64,000 bases of DNA from Verrucomicrobiota bacterium (lineage in GTDB: Bacteria; Verrucomicrobiota; Verrucomicrobiia; Opitutales; Cerasicoccaceae), in the NCBI GenBank assembly GCA_039818205.1, contig JBCBUK010000001.1:320001-384000 (forward strand), in the 5' to 3' direction. The notes below the pieces were generated by a model. The model made no database searches, was not told the origin of the DNA, and saw nothing but the letters and a program-made list of their open reading frames with translations. A program made the position numbers and the translations under genes. Positions 1 to 9,283 of the stretch are shown here, in pieces (within the stretch, counting starts at the first letter, position 1; every line of letters begins with the position of its first letter).

Positions 1-289
1 TAGATCGATGTGGCAGCCACTCCACTAATGACTACTTGCAAATTTCGGAGTAGCTAGAGTCAATTTCGCGATCCGGTGGATGCGGATAACCGTCCGATCA
101 ACTACGACGTCAAATTTGGCTCTGGTCGAACAACGATGATCCGGAAGGACATTAGGAGCCGCTATTTAGTTGGGCATGCTAATGCGAGAGCGACCCGCGA
201 CCCAACAGTCTCCAGATCAATGATAGGCTTGATCAATCTCGCCTCAGCAATAGGGTTCTACACTTGTGTTCTCGCCTCAAAATTCGTCA

Positions 290-1756
290 ATGGACCACCA
301 TCGATTCAAGTTACTGATTGTTTCGGGCGATATGCCGAGCCACGTCTATGCGTCAGCGAAGCTGGCACACGTATACGCATCGCTAGGCCATCAAGTCACC
401 ATTGCTGCACCGGAGGGCCCCGCAATGGAGAAGATGAACAGCCTGGTTGAGGATATCAAAGAGGTCCGGCGGGTGTCATCCGGGAAAACGGGGACGCTGA
501 ACCAGATCAACCAGCGAACCATCACCAACCCCTACTCCTATCACACGATTCTAAAAGCCTTGCGTCATCCGTTTCCAGATGCGTATGCGATCGCCAAGAT
601 GATTACGATCGAACATGACGGAATGTACGATTCAATTCGTGACCTTATTCGGATCGGAGCGTTCGATGTGGTCATACCGATACACTCAGTCTCACCGGTT
701 GTTTGTGACGCTGTGGAATCCCTGGAATCAAGCGCGAAGGTATTGATTTTTTCTTCGACACCCTACGACCCAGCTACCTATCTTCCGCCGTCTCAGACCT
801 GGAACCTCACTCGCGCCCTATCAACCTTTCCCCACGTGAGCGCTTACAGTTCGCGACGTCCAGAAAATATCCTTGTTGGTTGGCATCATCAATTTTGGAA
901 ATGGCTGGATACCTGGTTTACTCAGCGGGCTTGGGACAGGTCCGGAGTTTTGGTAAATGAATACCGAGAGAAGAGAGGATTAGAACCAATAGCTGGCGGC
1001 TATATTGGATATCAACGTCGATACCCAAGTCTCGTCGTTGGCGGAGTACCCCCGTTCCTGGACGAGTCCTATCCGATTTCGCCGCAAGTGACCGTAGTGG
1101 GCACACTCGATGATATCGATGATGCAAGGGAACCCATTGATGAAGATTTGAACCATTGGCTAAACCAAGCCGAATCACGCATCGTTTATATTGGGTTCGG
1201 CACTGGAACAAAGTTGAATGAGAACGAAGCAGCAAATGCCACCGGGCATCTTTACCGATCTCTATTGGAGCAATTCGGAGAACCGGTGCGTTTCCTTTTT
1301 GCTCTTCGCGGTTTAGAACAAGAGCGCCTCCGGAAGGTGTTTGACTTTGCCTTTGGATCGCAACCCTCCTCTGAATCCAAGCGCAAGCTGGAATACATGA
1401 ATGGACACTTTCGAATTCAAGATAATGTTCCCCAGGCAGCATTATTAGATTCAGGAAAAGTAAACGTATTCGTCAGCCACATGGGTATGGGCGGATTCAC
1501 CGAAGGCAGTCAAGGCGGGGTGCCATTCGTTTGTTGTCCGAGTGGTTGTGATCAGTTTTTCAATACCGCGCGCGCCATCGACGCCGGCATTGGCGTGAGG
1601 GTTAGCGCTGGATTCGCAGACCTTAGCGACCGCGTAATGGAGGTATTGCAGAACAAGTCGATGCAAGAACGCTCCAAGGACGTCGCACACGAACTTCAAC
1701 ATTTTGACGGCAAGGAGCAGGCGCAACAAGCGCTAGAAAACCTGATTTCCGAATAG
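290..1756 (+). CDS. Family GT1 (UDP-glucuronosyl/glucosyltransferase-like) glycosyltransferase
   Basis: N-terminal 'LLIVSGDMPSHV...GHQVT' and C-terminal UGT signature 'VPQAALL...VFVSHMGMGGFTEG...GVPFVCCP..CDQFFN'. ATG at 290 preferred over the ORF-track start at 266. Confidence 0.8.
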   Translation: MDHHRFKLLIVSGDMPSHVYASAKLAHVYASLGHQVTIAAPEGPAMEKMNSLVEDIKEVRRVSSGKTGTLNQINQRTITNPYSYHTILKALRHPFPDAYAIAKMITIEHDGMYDSIRDLIRIGAFDVVIPIHSVSPVVCDAVESLESSAKVLIFSSTPYDPATYLPPSQTWNLTRALSTFPHVSAYSSRRPENILVGWHHQFWKWLDTWFTQRAWDRSGVLVNEYREKRGLEPIAGGYIGYQRRYPSLVVGGVPPFLDESYPISPQVTVVGTLDDIDDAREPIDEDLNHWLNQAESRIVYIGFGTGTKLNENEAANATGHLYRSLLEQFGEPVRFLFALRGLEQERLRKVFDFAFGSQPSSESKRKLEYMNGHFRIQDNVPQAALLDSGKVNVFVSHMGMGGFTEGSQGGVPFVCCPSGCDQFFNTARAIDAGIGVRVSAGFADLSDRVMEVLQNKSMQERSKDVAHELQHFDGKEQAQQALENLISE

Positions 1757-1888
1757 GAATCATAACGCGACCTCGTGCCCCAGCCTCCATTTTTCGAATT
1801 AGAGGTACGTGACGACCGCCATCAAACAAGCGGATACTGCTTGCTATCTACCAATTGCCCATTCGGATCGAGGGGCATATGGCACAAT

Positions 1889-2983
1889 TCAGCCTTGAGG
1901 CAGCATGCTCTGGTGCCTGCGGCTCCAAAACGGTCGTTCAGCAAAACGTTGCTCAGACGAGTAGACGGAACGCTTCTCTGATAAGTAACGTTTGAGACCA
2001 AAGTCCATACCTTCTGCATATTGTTCGAGTGGTTCCGAATCGCCTGCAAGAAAAGCATCGATAGCCAAGGCAGCACGACGCCCTGACCAAAGGGCAGTCG
2101 TCATCCCGTGGGAAGATAAAGGATCAAGACTGAGAGCAGCATCACCAGCAGCGCACCATTGTTTGCCAAAAACAGGTTGGCAGTATGCCGTGCTGGAATT
2201 GGTGATCGCCGGAACTGCATCAGCAGTGTACCCAGCTGATTGAATCCGTCGGTTTGTAAAAACTGTCTGCTCAATCAGTCTATCCCAGGCCGACAGATTA
2301 GCGGTTAGGCGCTTGGGGAGCAGATCCGCGTCCGTGAAATAGGCAACAACCAGACGCCCATCAGGAAGAAGCGATGAATACCACCACCCGTCAACCGCCG
2401 ATTCGGTTAGAATACCCGGCGTTGGCTCCACCTCCTTTTGGTTTTGGACAAGAAACGAAAATGCAGCAACCAATTGGTCCTCCTTCACCCGACTTGAAAA
2501 CTGCCGAGCGACAACAGCCGAGCGACCACTGCAATCAAGGACGAATCGTGCTTCGACACACTCTCCATTTGACAACCTAAGACTCCAATTAGGCTCGGAC
2601 CGACTGATCTGCGAAAGTTTATGTGGGAGATGCGTCGCATTGGTTCGATTGGCGGCAATCCATAGGTCAGATTCAAATCGAGGTCGATCCAAGTGCCATC
2701 CAGGTTCCGCCACCGACATCATTGAACTTCGCTCCTCAAGTCGGTTCGATCCCCACGCAGAGAAAAACCCATGAGCCTCTCGATGCCCACCATTGAGAAA
2801 GTCATCCCACGCACCCAACTGTCTCAATATCGCATTAGCCGCACCAGGCAACATCTCGCCAATCCGATCACCTCGCTCCATCTGCGGCGAGACGACGCAA
2901 ATCGCCAAGGAAGATTCCCGCAGTGAGCACAACGCTGATGCCGCGGCGACACCACCCCCAACGATCACCAAATCGTAAATCAC
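1889..2983 (-). CDS. goxB: LodB/GoxB-type FAD-dependent protein for CTQ cofactor biogenesis
   Basis: GGGVAA Rossmann motif, 'IGEMLP', 'LDRPRFE', 'DCSGR', 'AAGDAALSLDPLSSHGM'. GTGA overlap with the upstream lodA/goxA-like gene. Confidence 0.85.
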   Translation of the reverse strand: MIYDLVIVGGGVAAASALCSLRESSLAICVVSPQMERGDRIGEMLPGAANAILRQLGAWDDFLNGGHREAHGFFSAWGSNRLEERSSMMSVAEPGWHLDRPRFESDLWIAANRTNATHLPHKLSQISRSEPNWSLRLSNGECVEARFVLDCSGRSAVVARQFSSRVKEDQLVAAFSFLVQNQKEVEPTPGILTESAVDGWWYSSLLPDGRLVVAYFTDADLLPKRLTANLSAWDRLIEQTVFTNRRIQSAGYTADAVPAITNSSTAYCQPVFGKQWCAAGDAALSLDPLSSHGMTTALWSGRRAALAIDAFLAGDSEPLEQYAEGMDFGLKRYLSEKRSVYSSEQRFAERPFWSRRHQSMLPQG

Positions 2984-4977
2984 CTGAGTCCGGCGTTGGG
3001 TTTCCCGGCGGAGTCCAGCTCCATCGAACCCCTTCCCGATTCCACAAACAAAGACTTAGGAATCTGTGATGGCGCATCTGGGTCGACGGGACCAGGACGA
3101 CGCAAAACAAATCCCATTCGGCTCCAAAGATATATCATTCTCCCAAGCCCGTCCGTATAACTGGCGTCTGCGTGGTAACCAATTCCGGCGACGCCCCGCG
3201 CCCACGGCACGCGGTTCTCCGCAAACTTTATCCGCTCGCTGGGATCAAGATCTTTGCGCAAAACTTGATTGTAGTAAGCTTCCGGCAGAACATCCACGGG
3301 TAAGGATGCAGGCCACCAAGTCGGACTCGGAAAGTCATTGGCATAGAGAACTTGGTTACAGCTAAAAGCATCGCTTTGCCAAGGGACTCCCATCCATCGT
3401 GTAACATCACCCGGCATCTGGGGGCCAATCGGAGCGGCTTTTTCGGCGGTACCTTCAAGCGCAATCTTCGATGTCAACAAAGGGCCGAGATCTTGGATCA
3501 AACTATCACGACTCGCCAAAGCGATTCGATAAGCCGAAGAATATATAGCCTCATGGCGCATCGGCCAGGTGGTTTCAACACCCGGGTGAAAGGCGCCGCC
3601 AGAACAAGGCTCAAGCGCAGCGCGAGTCAAAGCTTCCGGCTGCATCGAAAGCTCAATATCGTCAAACACGCTCAGAGAATCGAGGGTATCATCCTCGAAG
3701 TCATTGCGGAAATCTCCGTCCATCCAGCGTTGCAGTGCCTCGTACGCCAGGTCCGGCATTAGGAACCAATGGGCAGGACTAAACTCGTAGTTCACCCCTT
3801 CTCCGATCAGATACGGCAACTTGAACTGCTCCACCTTCTCCGATTTGGGGTCGCGGAACTGCTTAAAAACTTCCTTACGAAACGATTTGTTGGCCACGCT
3901 CGGGTCCGCAAGTTTCTCGATATATTTTGGGTCAAGGAAGTCGCCAACATTGATCCAGCCTTGCCGTAGATTCGCCGACACGGCAACCCACTCCAATTGC
4001 CCTAAGCGATGAAAGAACGGGTAAATATCTCGGCGGAATGAAAGCGGCGATTGAGGCAACGGCGCATCCGCGAATCCCTTCTTTGCGGCAGTGTCTCGAA
4101 CGACATCGTAAAGCGATACAAACGGAGTAATCTCAGGCGCAAAGTTCGGTCCAGTAGCAATCACCCACGCAGGCTCAACCGGCAAGGAGGTTCCATCTTT
4201 GAACGTAACTGCTGCTTTGACCCATCCATCGCAGGTATCGTCGTACCAGGCATCATTCCCGGAGAAGCTGCGAATCGAGTTGTCGGGTATCGCAGAAGCA
4301 GACTTTCCATCACCGGGAAAAAACAAAAGGCGCCCTGCCCCGTCTGTTCGCAACTCGCCCAAATTGACATCTATCGAATCCCAGAACTTTCCTTGCATCT
4401 GATAGGTCGTGCTACCTCCGCTCGAATTTCTGTTGGCTCCACGAATAGATACTTGCCCTGGGTCGATCACGAGCATGCGCTCGCGGTCGCGATCCGCGAC
4501 GTTCTGATTTCGCTTTTGGCCGGGGATGCCCTCGGCCAAATCTGGAATGTCCAGCGGATTGCTAAACTGATACCATGCCGCTTTTGTATTTGCTACGTGA
4601 ACCGTCCACTCAATATCGGCCACATCTGCGGTAATCTCTTCGACGACACGGCCTTGATCATCAAATCCATAGATTCGAAAGCGCTGAACTTGCTTCTTGA
4701 TGTGCTGGTCACCATCCTTGAACCCGCCTTCGGGACTCGCGGGAATGCCCGGTATTTCGGGCGCAAGGAACCATTGTTTGCTATTACCGAGGCGCGAAAC
4801 CCCAATCGCTGGATAGATTCCCAGGCGAACAATTTTTGAACCTGCCGGTGCCGTTTGTAGGGTTCCGCTTTGAGACAAAGCCACCTTTGCAAGACCGATC
4901 GAAGAAAGCGACAACATGGAGACATTGCTCAAAAAATCGCGGCGTTTCATTCCACTACTGATTGTTGAATCGCTCAT
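2980..4977 (-). CDS. goxA: LodA/GoxA-family CTQ-dependent amino-acid oxidase, glycine-oxidase-like, with Tat signal
   Basis: 'IYPAIGVSRLGNS', 'WTVHVANTKAAWY', 'LEPCSGGAFHPGVE', 'WQSDAFSC' and 'WWP' (CTQ Asp/Cys/Trp), plus the Tat motif 'KRRDFL'. Start is 4977 or 4950. Confidence 0.88.
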   Translation of the reverse strand: MSDSTISSGMKRRDFLSNVSMLSLSSIGLAKVALSQSGTLQTAPAGSKIVRLGIYPAIGVSRLGNSKQWFLAPEIPGIPASPEGGFKDGDQHIKKQVQRFRIYGFDDQGRVVEEITADVADIEWTVHVANTKAAWYQFSNPLDIPDLAEGIPGQKRNQNVADRDRERMLVIDPGQVSIRGANRNSSGGSTTYQMQGKFWDSIDVNLGELRTDGAGRLLFFPGDGKSASAIPDNSIRSFSGNDAWYDDTCDGWVKAAVTFKDGTSLPVEPAWVIATGPNFAPEITPFVSLYDVVRDTAAKKGFADAPLPQSPLSFRRDIYPFFHRLGQLEWVAVSANLRQGWINVGDFLDPKYIEKLADPSVANKSFRKEVFKQFRDPKSEKVEQFKLPYLIGEGVNYEFSPAHWFLMPDLAYEALQRWMDGDFRNDFEDDTLDSLSVFDDIELSMQPEALTRAALEPCSGGAFHPGVETTWPMRHEAIYSSAYRIALASRDSLIQDLGPLLTSKIALEGTAEKAAPIGPQMPGDVTRWMGVPWQSDAFSCNQVLYANDFPSPTWWPASLPVDVLPEAYYNQVLRKDLDPSERIKFAENRVPWARGVAGIGYHADASYTDGLGRMIYLWSRMGFVLRRPGPVDPDAPSQIPKSLFVESGRGSMELDSAGKPNAGLR

Positions 4978-5212
4978 CCCGGGTAAGGCATCATTCTGAT
5001 TAAGGGTTGGTTTACTTTTTATGGATCGAAACTGGACACGGGTCAACCAGCGAGATCTAAGTCGCAATCTCCTCGAACAATTTCAGACGGAAAACGTTGT
5101 ATTCGATCACCGTGCGCCGAAGGCCGAACAACGAAAGAAACACGCTTGGCGTTTGAGGTGGACGGTGCAAAATCATTGTATTCAGTGGGTACAGTCGATA
5201 GATTTTGAGGAC

Positions 5213-5647
5213 ATGAAAAACAAATTTATTTCGGTTATCTCTATTGTGATTTGTGGATTCTCTATGTTGGTCGCGCAACCAGAGAACACCAAATCTGCTG
5301 GACCTGAATACTATCGAGCGGCCGTGCAAGCGGGTGGATTTCTTTTTGTTGCCGGACAAAATGCTCAGAAAAGTGATGAAGTGCTGACGGAACCAATCGC
5401 GGGCCAAACTGAAGCTGCGCTCAAGCTAATCGCGGAGACCTTGAAACAACATGGCTACAGCTTCAACGATGTGGTTAGCGTCGATGTCTTCCTAGCAAAA
5501 CAAAGTGATTTCGCGGATTTCAATATTGCCTACCATAAATATTTTCCCAATCGACCCGCCCGGTCGACTTCGTTGGGCGTGCTTCATCAGGACAAAGGGG
5601 CGTTGGTTGAAATTTCACTTGTCGCCTACAAAGCTGACGCCAATTAA
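5213..5647 (+). CDS. RidA/YjgF/UK114 family protein with N-terminal signal peptide
   Basis: 'FLFVAGQ', 'QTEAALK', 'DFADFNIAY', 'RPARST' (catalytic Arg), 'LVEISLVA'. Leader 'MKNKFISVISIVICGFSMLVA'. Confidence 0.85.
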   Translation: MKNKFISVISIVICGFSMLVAQPENTKSAGPEYYRAAVQAGGFLFVAGQNAQKSDEVLTEPIAGQTEAALKLIAETLKQHGYSFNDVVSVDVFLAKQSDFADFNIAYHKYFPNRPARSTSLGVLHQDKGALVEISLVAYKADAN

Positions 5648-5950
5648 TAGACGATCGTTGGCTGAATCCCCGTTCACGGTGGGGAAAGAAGCCGTAGTGA
5701 TCCCCTACTGTGTTGAGCCAGTATAGGCCAATCAACTTGCGATGCGAGCACCCTTCACCGTATTGCTCACCTGTATTCCTACGCCGTCGACAGAATAAAT
5801 TTTGCATAGCTACCAACGATTCTAGCACAGCAAATATTAATCCCGAATGAAGATTGGGCCCTACCTATATAGCGATGTTCTAAGTTAATTCCCAAAAAAC
5901 CGATTTCATTAACTCGGTGTTAATATTCAATTTGGTAGACTTGGGCCAAC

Positions 5951-6628
5951 ATGAAACAAAGAATCGGAACAAAGGTCCTGGTTATCGGTGAGGACGCCGA
6001 AGTCCGCGGTCGCATGACAGAGACCCTATCCGCTGCCGGATTCGAAGTCGACGCCCTGGCCGAAGTCACGGGTGGACTCTACCGCGCCAGCGAACAGGCA
6101 TATGATGTAATCGTTTTTGATTTCATCGTGCCGGAAATTATCGGATCAGAAATGTTGCATGGTCTAAGAGAGCAATCCGTTGGCACCCCCATCCTCATGT
6201 CGCTGGCCCTCGGCGAACTCGATGAACGAATCGATGGGCTTGAAGACCAAGCCGACGATTTCATCACGAAGCCTTATAACGAACGTGAGTTCCTAACTAG
6301 AATTAGGACGCTCGCCCGCAGGACGCCAAGGTTTCTCGGCGATCGCCTCCAAATTGGGCGAGTAACCATCAAACTTCTTGAAAGCCGCATCGAACTGGAC
6401 GGGGAACCCGTTGAACTCACTGCTTCCCAATTTCGAATTGTTAGCTTCTTGGCCCGCCGATCCAACCGGATAGTGTCGCGCGCAGATTTAGCCGATGCGA
6501 TTTACGGATGCGACGAGGAGCGGCTATCCAATGTACTCGAAGTTCAAATCTATCATATCAGACGGAAACTCGGCAAAGACTTTGTGGTGAGTCGCCGCGG
6601 ACTTGGCTATACGATTCCCAACGGATAA
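5951..6628 (+). CDS. OmpR/PhoB-family response regulator (orphan)
   Basis: Receiver domain ('VFDFIVP', 'DFITKPY') plus winged helix ('SNVLEVQIYHIRRKLG...RRGLGY'). Confidence 0.9.
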   Translation: MKQRIGTKVLVIGEDAEVRGRMTETLSAAGFEVDALAEVTGGLYRASEQAYDVIVFDFIVPEIIGSEMLHGLREQSVGTPILMSLALGELDERIDGLEDQADDFITKPYNEREFLTRIRTLARRTPRFLGDRLQIGRVTIKLLESRIELDGEPVELTASQFRIVSFLARRSNRIVSRADLADAIYGCDEERLSNVLEVQIYHIRRKLGKDFVVSRRGLGYTIPNG

Positions 6629-6719
6629 GGAGCTCCGTTGCTGTTCGTCAGTATTCTGCCGGGCAGCAGTCGCCTGCGAACCACTACCCGGCAGATCAAT
6701 AGAACTGTGAATCAAGCGC

Positions 6720-9068
6720 CTATTTGGCGTAGGTATTAAGAAACGCGACGGATGTAATCAGTCCACCAGTCTCATCCACACGAAGCTCAATCTCGTTGGC
6801 ATTCTGGATCTGGTCGACCGGAACATTGATTTCGATCAGGTCGTAAAAACGTTTCATTCCCGTCGTGTGATCAAGCGAAACCTCGGTCGAAAAATCGCCG
6901 ACTTGAACTTCAAGGGGCGTTGAAAAACCCCCATTTTTTCCGATACCAACCCGCATAGTCGTGCTGATAAGATCGTCTTTCGGGCAGCTAAGTGAAACCT
7001 TAGTTTCCTCGCCCGTCGGTTGCATTACTTTGTCGCCATAGAAAAAGCGCTCATTGTGGGCCGCAACCGATTTCGGAGTCGAATCGAGCTTAATGTTAAC
7101 AATCGAGGTCTCGTCTACAGCCAATGGGATTGCCATAGCATCCGTTGGATGAAGGACAGTTTTCTCAACCAAATCACCACTGTCAAAATAGAGGCGGCGT
7201 TGTTCAATTGAAACAGGCGTTGCTCCACCGGTGATCAACTCGATGTCGAGCTCTACCCGTTGGTCGCTTAGGTTGTTTGCCGCGATACGGATATGGTCGC
7301 CATCAAGCAAGGTATGAACAACGAAATCGTCGCTATCAGTCGAGGTGACAACGCGCTTTCCTTGGTAGCCTTCCCACAAACGTAGAAAGCTCATCGTCAT
7401 TGTTGGTTCAAATGAACCGTCTGGATTCTTCACGTAGATACCGTAAGGGTCCGATGGGTCCCACCACATGTAGGGAAGCATATAGGGCACACATAGATCG
7501 AACTGGTGCGTCCGGTTCATGAACATCAGTTGCAAGGCATTGCAACTCTTCAAGCGAATCCAGAAGTCCATATCTTTCATTCCGCCATGAATCGCGCCAT
7601 ACTCCGAGATGACGAGAGGTCGGACATTGTCGTTAAGTAGCATGTGGTTTGCAGTGAGATCCAAAACTGCATCGCCGCGACCATGCAGGTAGGTCACACC
7701 GCCAATGTCGAATTGCTTTTTCGAGATCAGCCCCTTGCCTTCGTAGAAGTGGTGCGAATAGAAATCCAGATGCCCCTTCGTGTTATCCATAAACCGCAAC
7801 TGTTCGCGCGCGGTATTGAAGTTTCCGGCATCATACATCGGCCAGACACTGGTTGGTCCCCCGACTTTGATGTGGTCAAAATCCTCGTGAAGCCGGTCGG
7901 CCACTGCATTGTGGAAGTCGGCGAGCTCTTTCCAGCTATCGCAGCCTTTAACATCGTGAAACATCCACTCGTCCGAGATATCGGATTCGTTTTTCACCTC
8001 AATCCAGTCCGGCGTTCTTCCGCTGTACTTCTGCTGAGCTGCGAGCAGCTTTGAAGCGATATCAGCAGCGGCTTCGTAGTCATGCGGAGTTCCCTTGCTA
8101 TTGCGAACACCCTCAACCTTTGCCTCCATAAACGAGGGCCAGTTGTCGAAGCACATGGCGAACTTCAAGCCTGGCCAGTCTTTATCGATATCTTTGTAGG
8201 CATCAAAACCACGTTCAATTTCCGAACGGAAGAGGTCTGGGTTGTGATTGGTAAAGTAGTCAGGGTCGGCATAACCCGGCTTATTCGGATCTTCCTTTAA
8301 GAGTGGCTGTCCTTTCACGTAGCCGCCTTCGAGCCATGGGGCAAACTTGATGATCTGACGACCGGGATAGTACCCGTGCTGCTTGAATCCTTCCATTACC
8401 GGATCAGGATCGCGGCAAGGTTCCGTGTAGAGTCGGAAGAATTTCGTGACATCGAGCTCGCAGATACCTTCAATGGATCGGAGCGTCGTCGCATCGATGG
8501 TGAGCTTGATCGGCTTGATCGGTTTGTCCGCGCCCAGCGTCGTGTATGGCGAATCGTCAAATATCGGTGAGATACCATTGCTATTCACGAGTTCAATTCT
8601 ACCAACGGTAGCCGATCCTTCGAGAACCAGGAAGTATCCCTCGGTGACGGTGGGGTCGATCTTCAGGTTATGAGCATGGAGTACGATCATGCTGTCATTA
8701 GACCACCAACGCTCCATCTCTCCCTCGTATGTCGGAGTGATCTGCTCGGCGTAGAGCGTTCCCGTGTTCTGGCCATGGATATTGATTTGCCGAAACAAAG
8801 ACCAAATGGGGATCAAGTCCGCGGGAATCGGTATCTTCTTCTTTCCATCAATTATGCCAACATTCTCGGCAATCGTAATGCTGTACAAAAAATCCTCTTT
8901 GACGTTCACCTGCATACGAATCTCGTGCGGAAACTTCTTGGCCGTTTCAAAGGCAAGCTTCAACTTTTCCTTGGCCCGAACAGCCTCCTCAGGCAGTTCC
9001 GCCATCGTTAGAGTCCCTGCACAAAAGCAGAGCATCGTCAGAATGTGTTTTAGTCTCATCATCATCAT
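6720..9068 (-). CDS. Secreted clan GH-A glycoside hydrolase, GH86-like (beta-agarase/porphyranase type)
   Basis: Signal peptide, 'WIEVKNES' (acid/base), 'KVGGP', 'LDFYSHHFYE', 'LVISEYG' (nucleophile), beta-sandwich-like C-terminus. Start lies within the Met run at 9059-9068. Confidence 0.65.
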   Translation of the reverse strand: MMMMRLKHILTMLCFCAGTLTMAELPEEAVRAKEKLKLAFETAKKFPHEIRMQVNVKEDFLYSITIAENVGIIDGKKKIPIPADLIPIWSLFRQINIHGQNTGTLYAEQITPTYEGEMERWWSNDSMIVLHAHNLKIDPTVTEGYFLVLEGSATVGRIELVNSNGISPIFDDSPYTTLGADKPIKPIKLTIDATTLRSIEGICELDVTKFFRLYTEPCRDPDPVMEGFKQHGYYPGRQIIKFAPWLEGGYVKGQPLLKEDPNKPGYADPDYFTNHNPDLFRSEIERGFDAYKDIDKDWPGLKFAMCFDNWPSFMEAKVEGVRNSKGTPHDYEAAADIASKLLAAQQKYSGRTPDWIEVKNESDISDEWMFHDVKGCDSWKELADFHNAVADRLHEDFDHIKVGGPTSVWPMYDAGNFNTAREQLRFMDNTKGHLDFYSHHFYEGKGLISKKQFDIGGVTYLHGRGDAVLDLTANHMLLNDNVRPLVISEYGAIHGGMKDMDFWIRLKSCNALQLMFMNRTHQFDLCVPYMLPYMWWDPSDPYGIYVKNPDGSFEPTMTMSFLRLWEGYQGKRVVTSTDSDDFVVHTLLDGDHIRIAANNLSDQRVELDIELITGGATPVSIEQRRLYFDSGDLVEKTVLHPTDAMAIPLAVDETSIVNIKLDSTPKSVAAHNERFFYGDKVMQPTGEETKVSLSCPKDDLISTTMRVGIGKNGGFSTPLEVQVGDFSTEVSLDHTTGMKRFYDLIEINVPVDQIQNANEIELRVDETGGLITSVAFLNTYAK

Positions 9069-9283
9069 TATTGGGTTAGTCAGTCGTCTACTAGGGGGGA
9101 CGATATGCATCGCTACTACCATCATCGCTCAAGATTCTTGCCGATTGAGTGGTATGATTTACATCCAACCAGCTTTACTCGTAGAAAGGAACCAAATCAT
9201 ACATATCTTTTGACAGATGTTTGCTTTGTTTCCAAACTTACGACCCACCATACCGATGTGCCTACAGCGATGGCCCAAAGCGA

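Noticed and set aside
1..289. ORF 76..450 or an RNA element at the window start
   Set aside because: It overlaps the GT1 gene out of frame and shows no recognisable protein or RNA motif.
1889..2983. Flavin-dependent halogenase
   Set aside because: It has 'GWWYSSLLP' instead of WxWxIP and is coupled to a CTQ oxidase gene, as expected for LodB/GoxB.
5021..5212. Longer start for the RidA ORF
   Set aside because: It spans the divergent promoter region; the ATG at 5213 follows GAGGA and begins a clean signal peptide.
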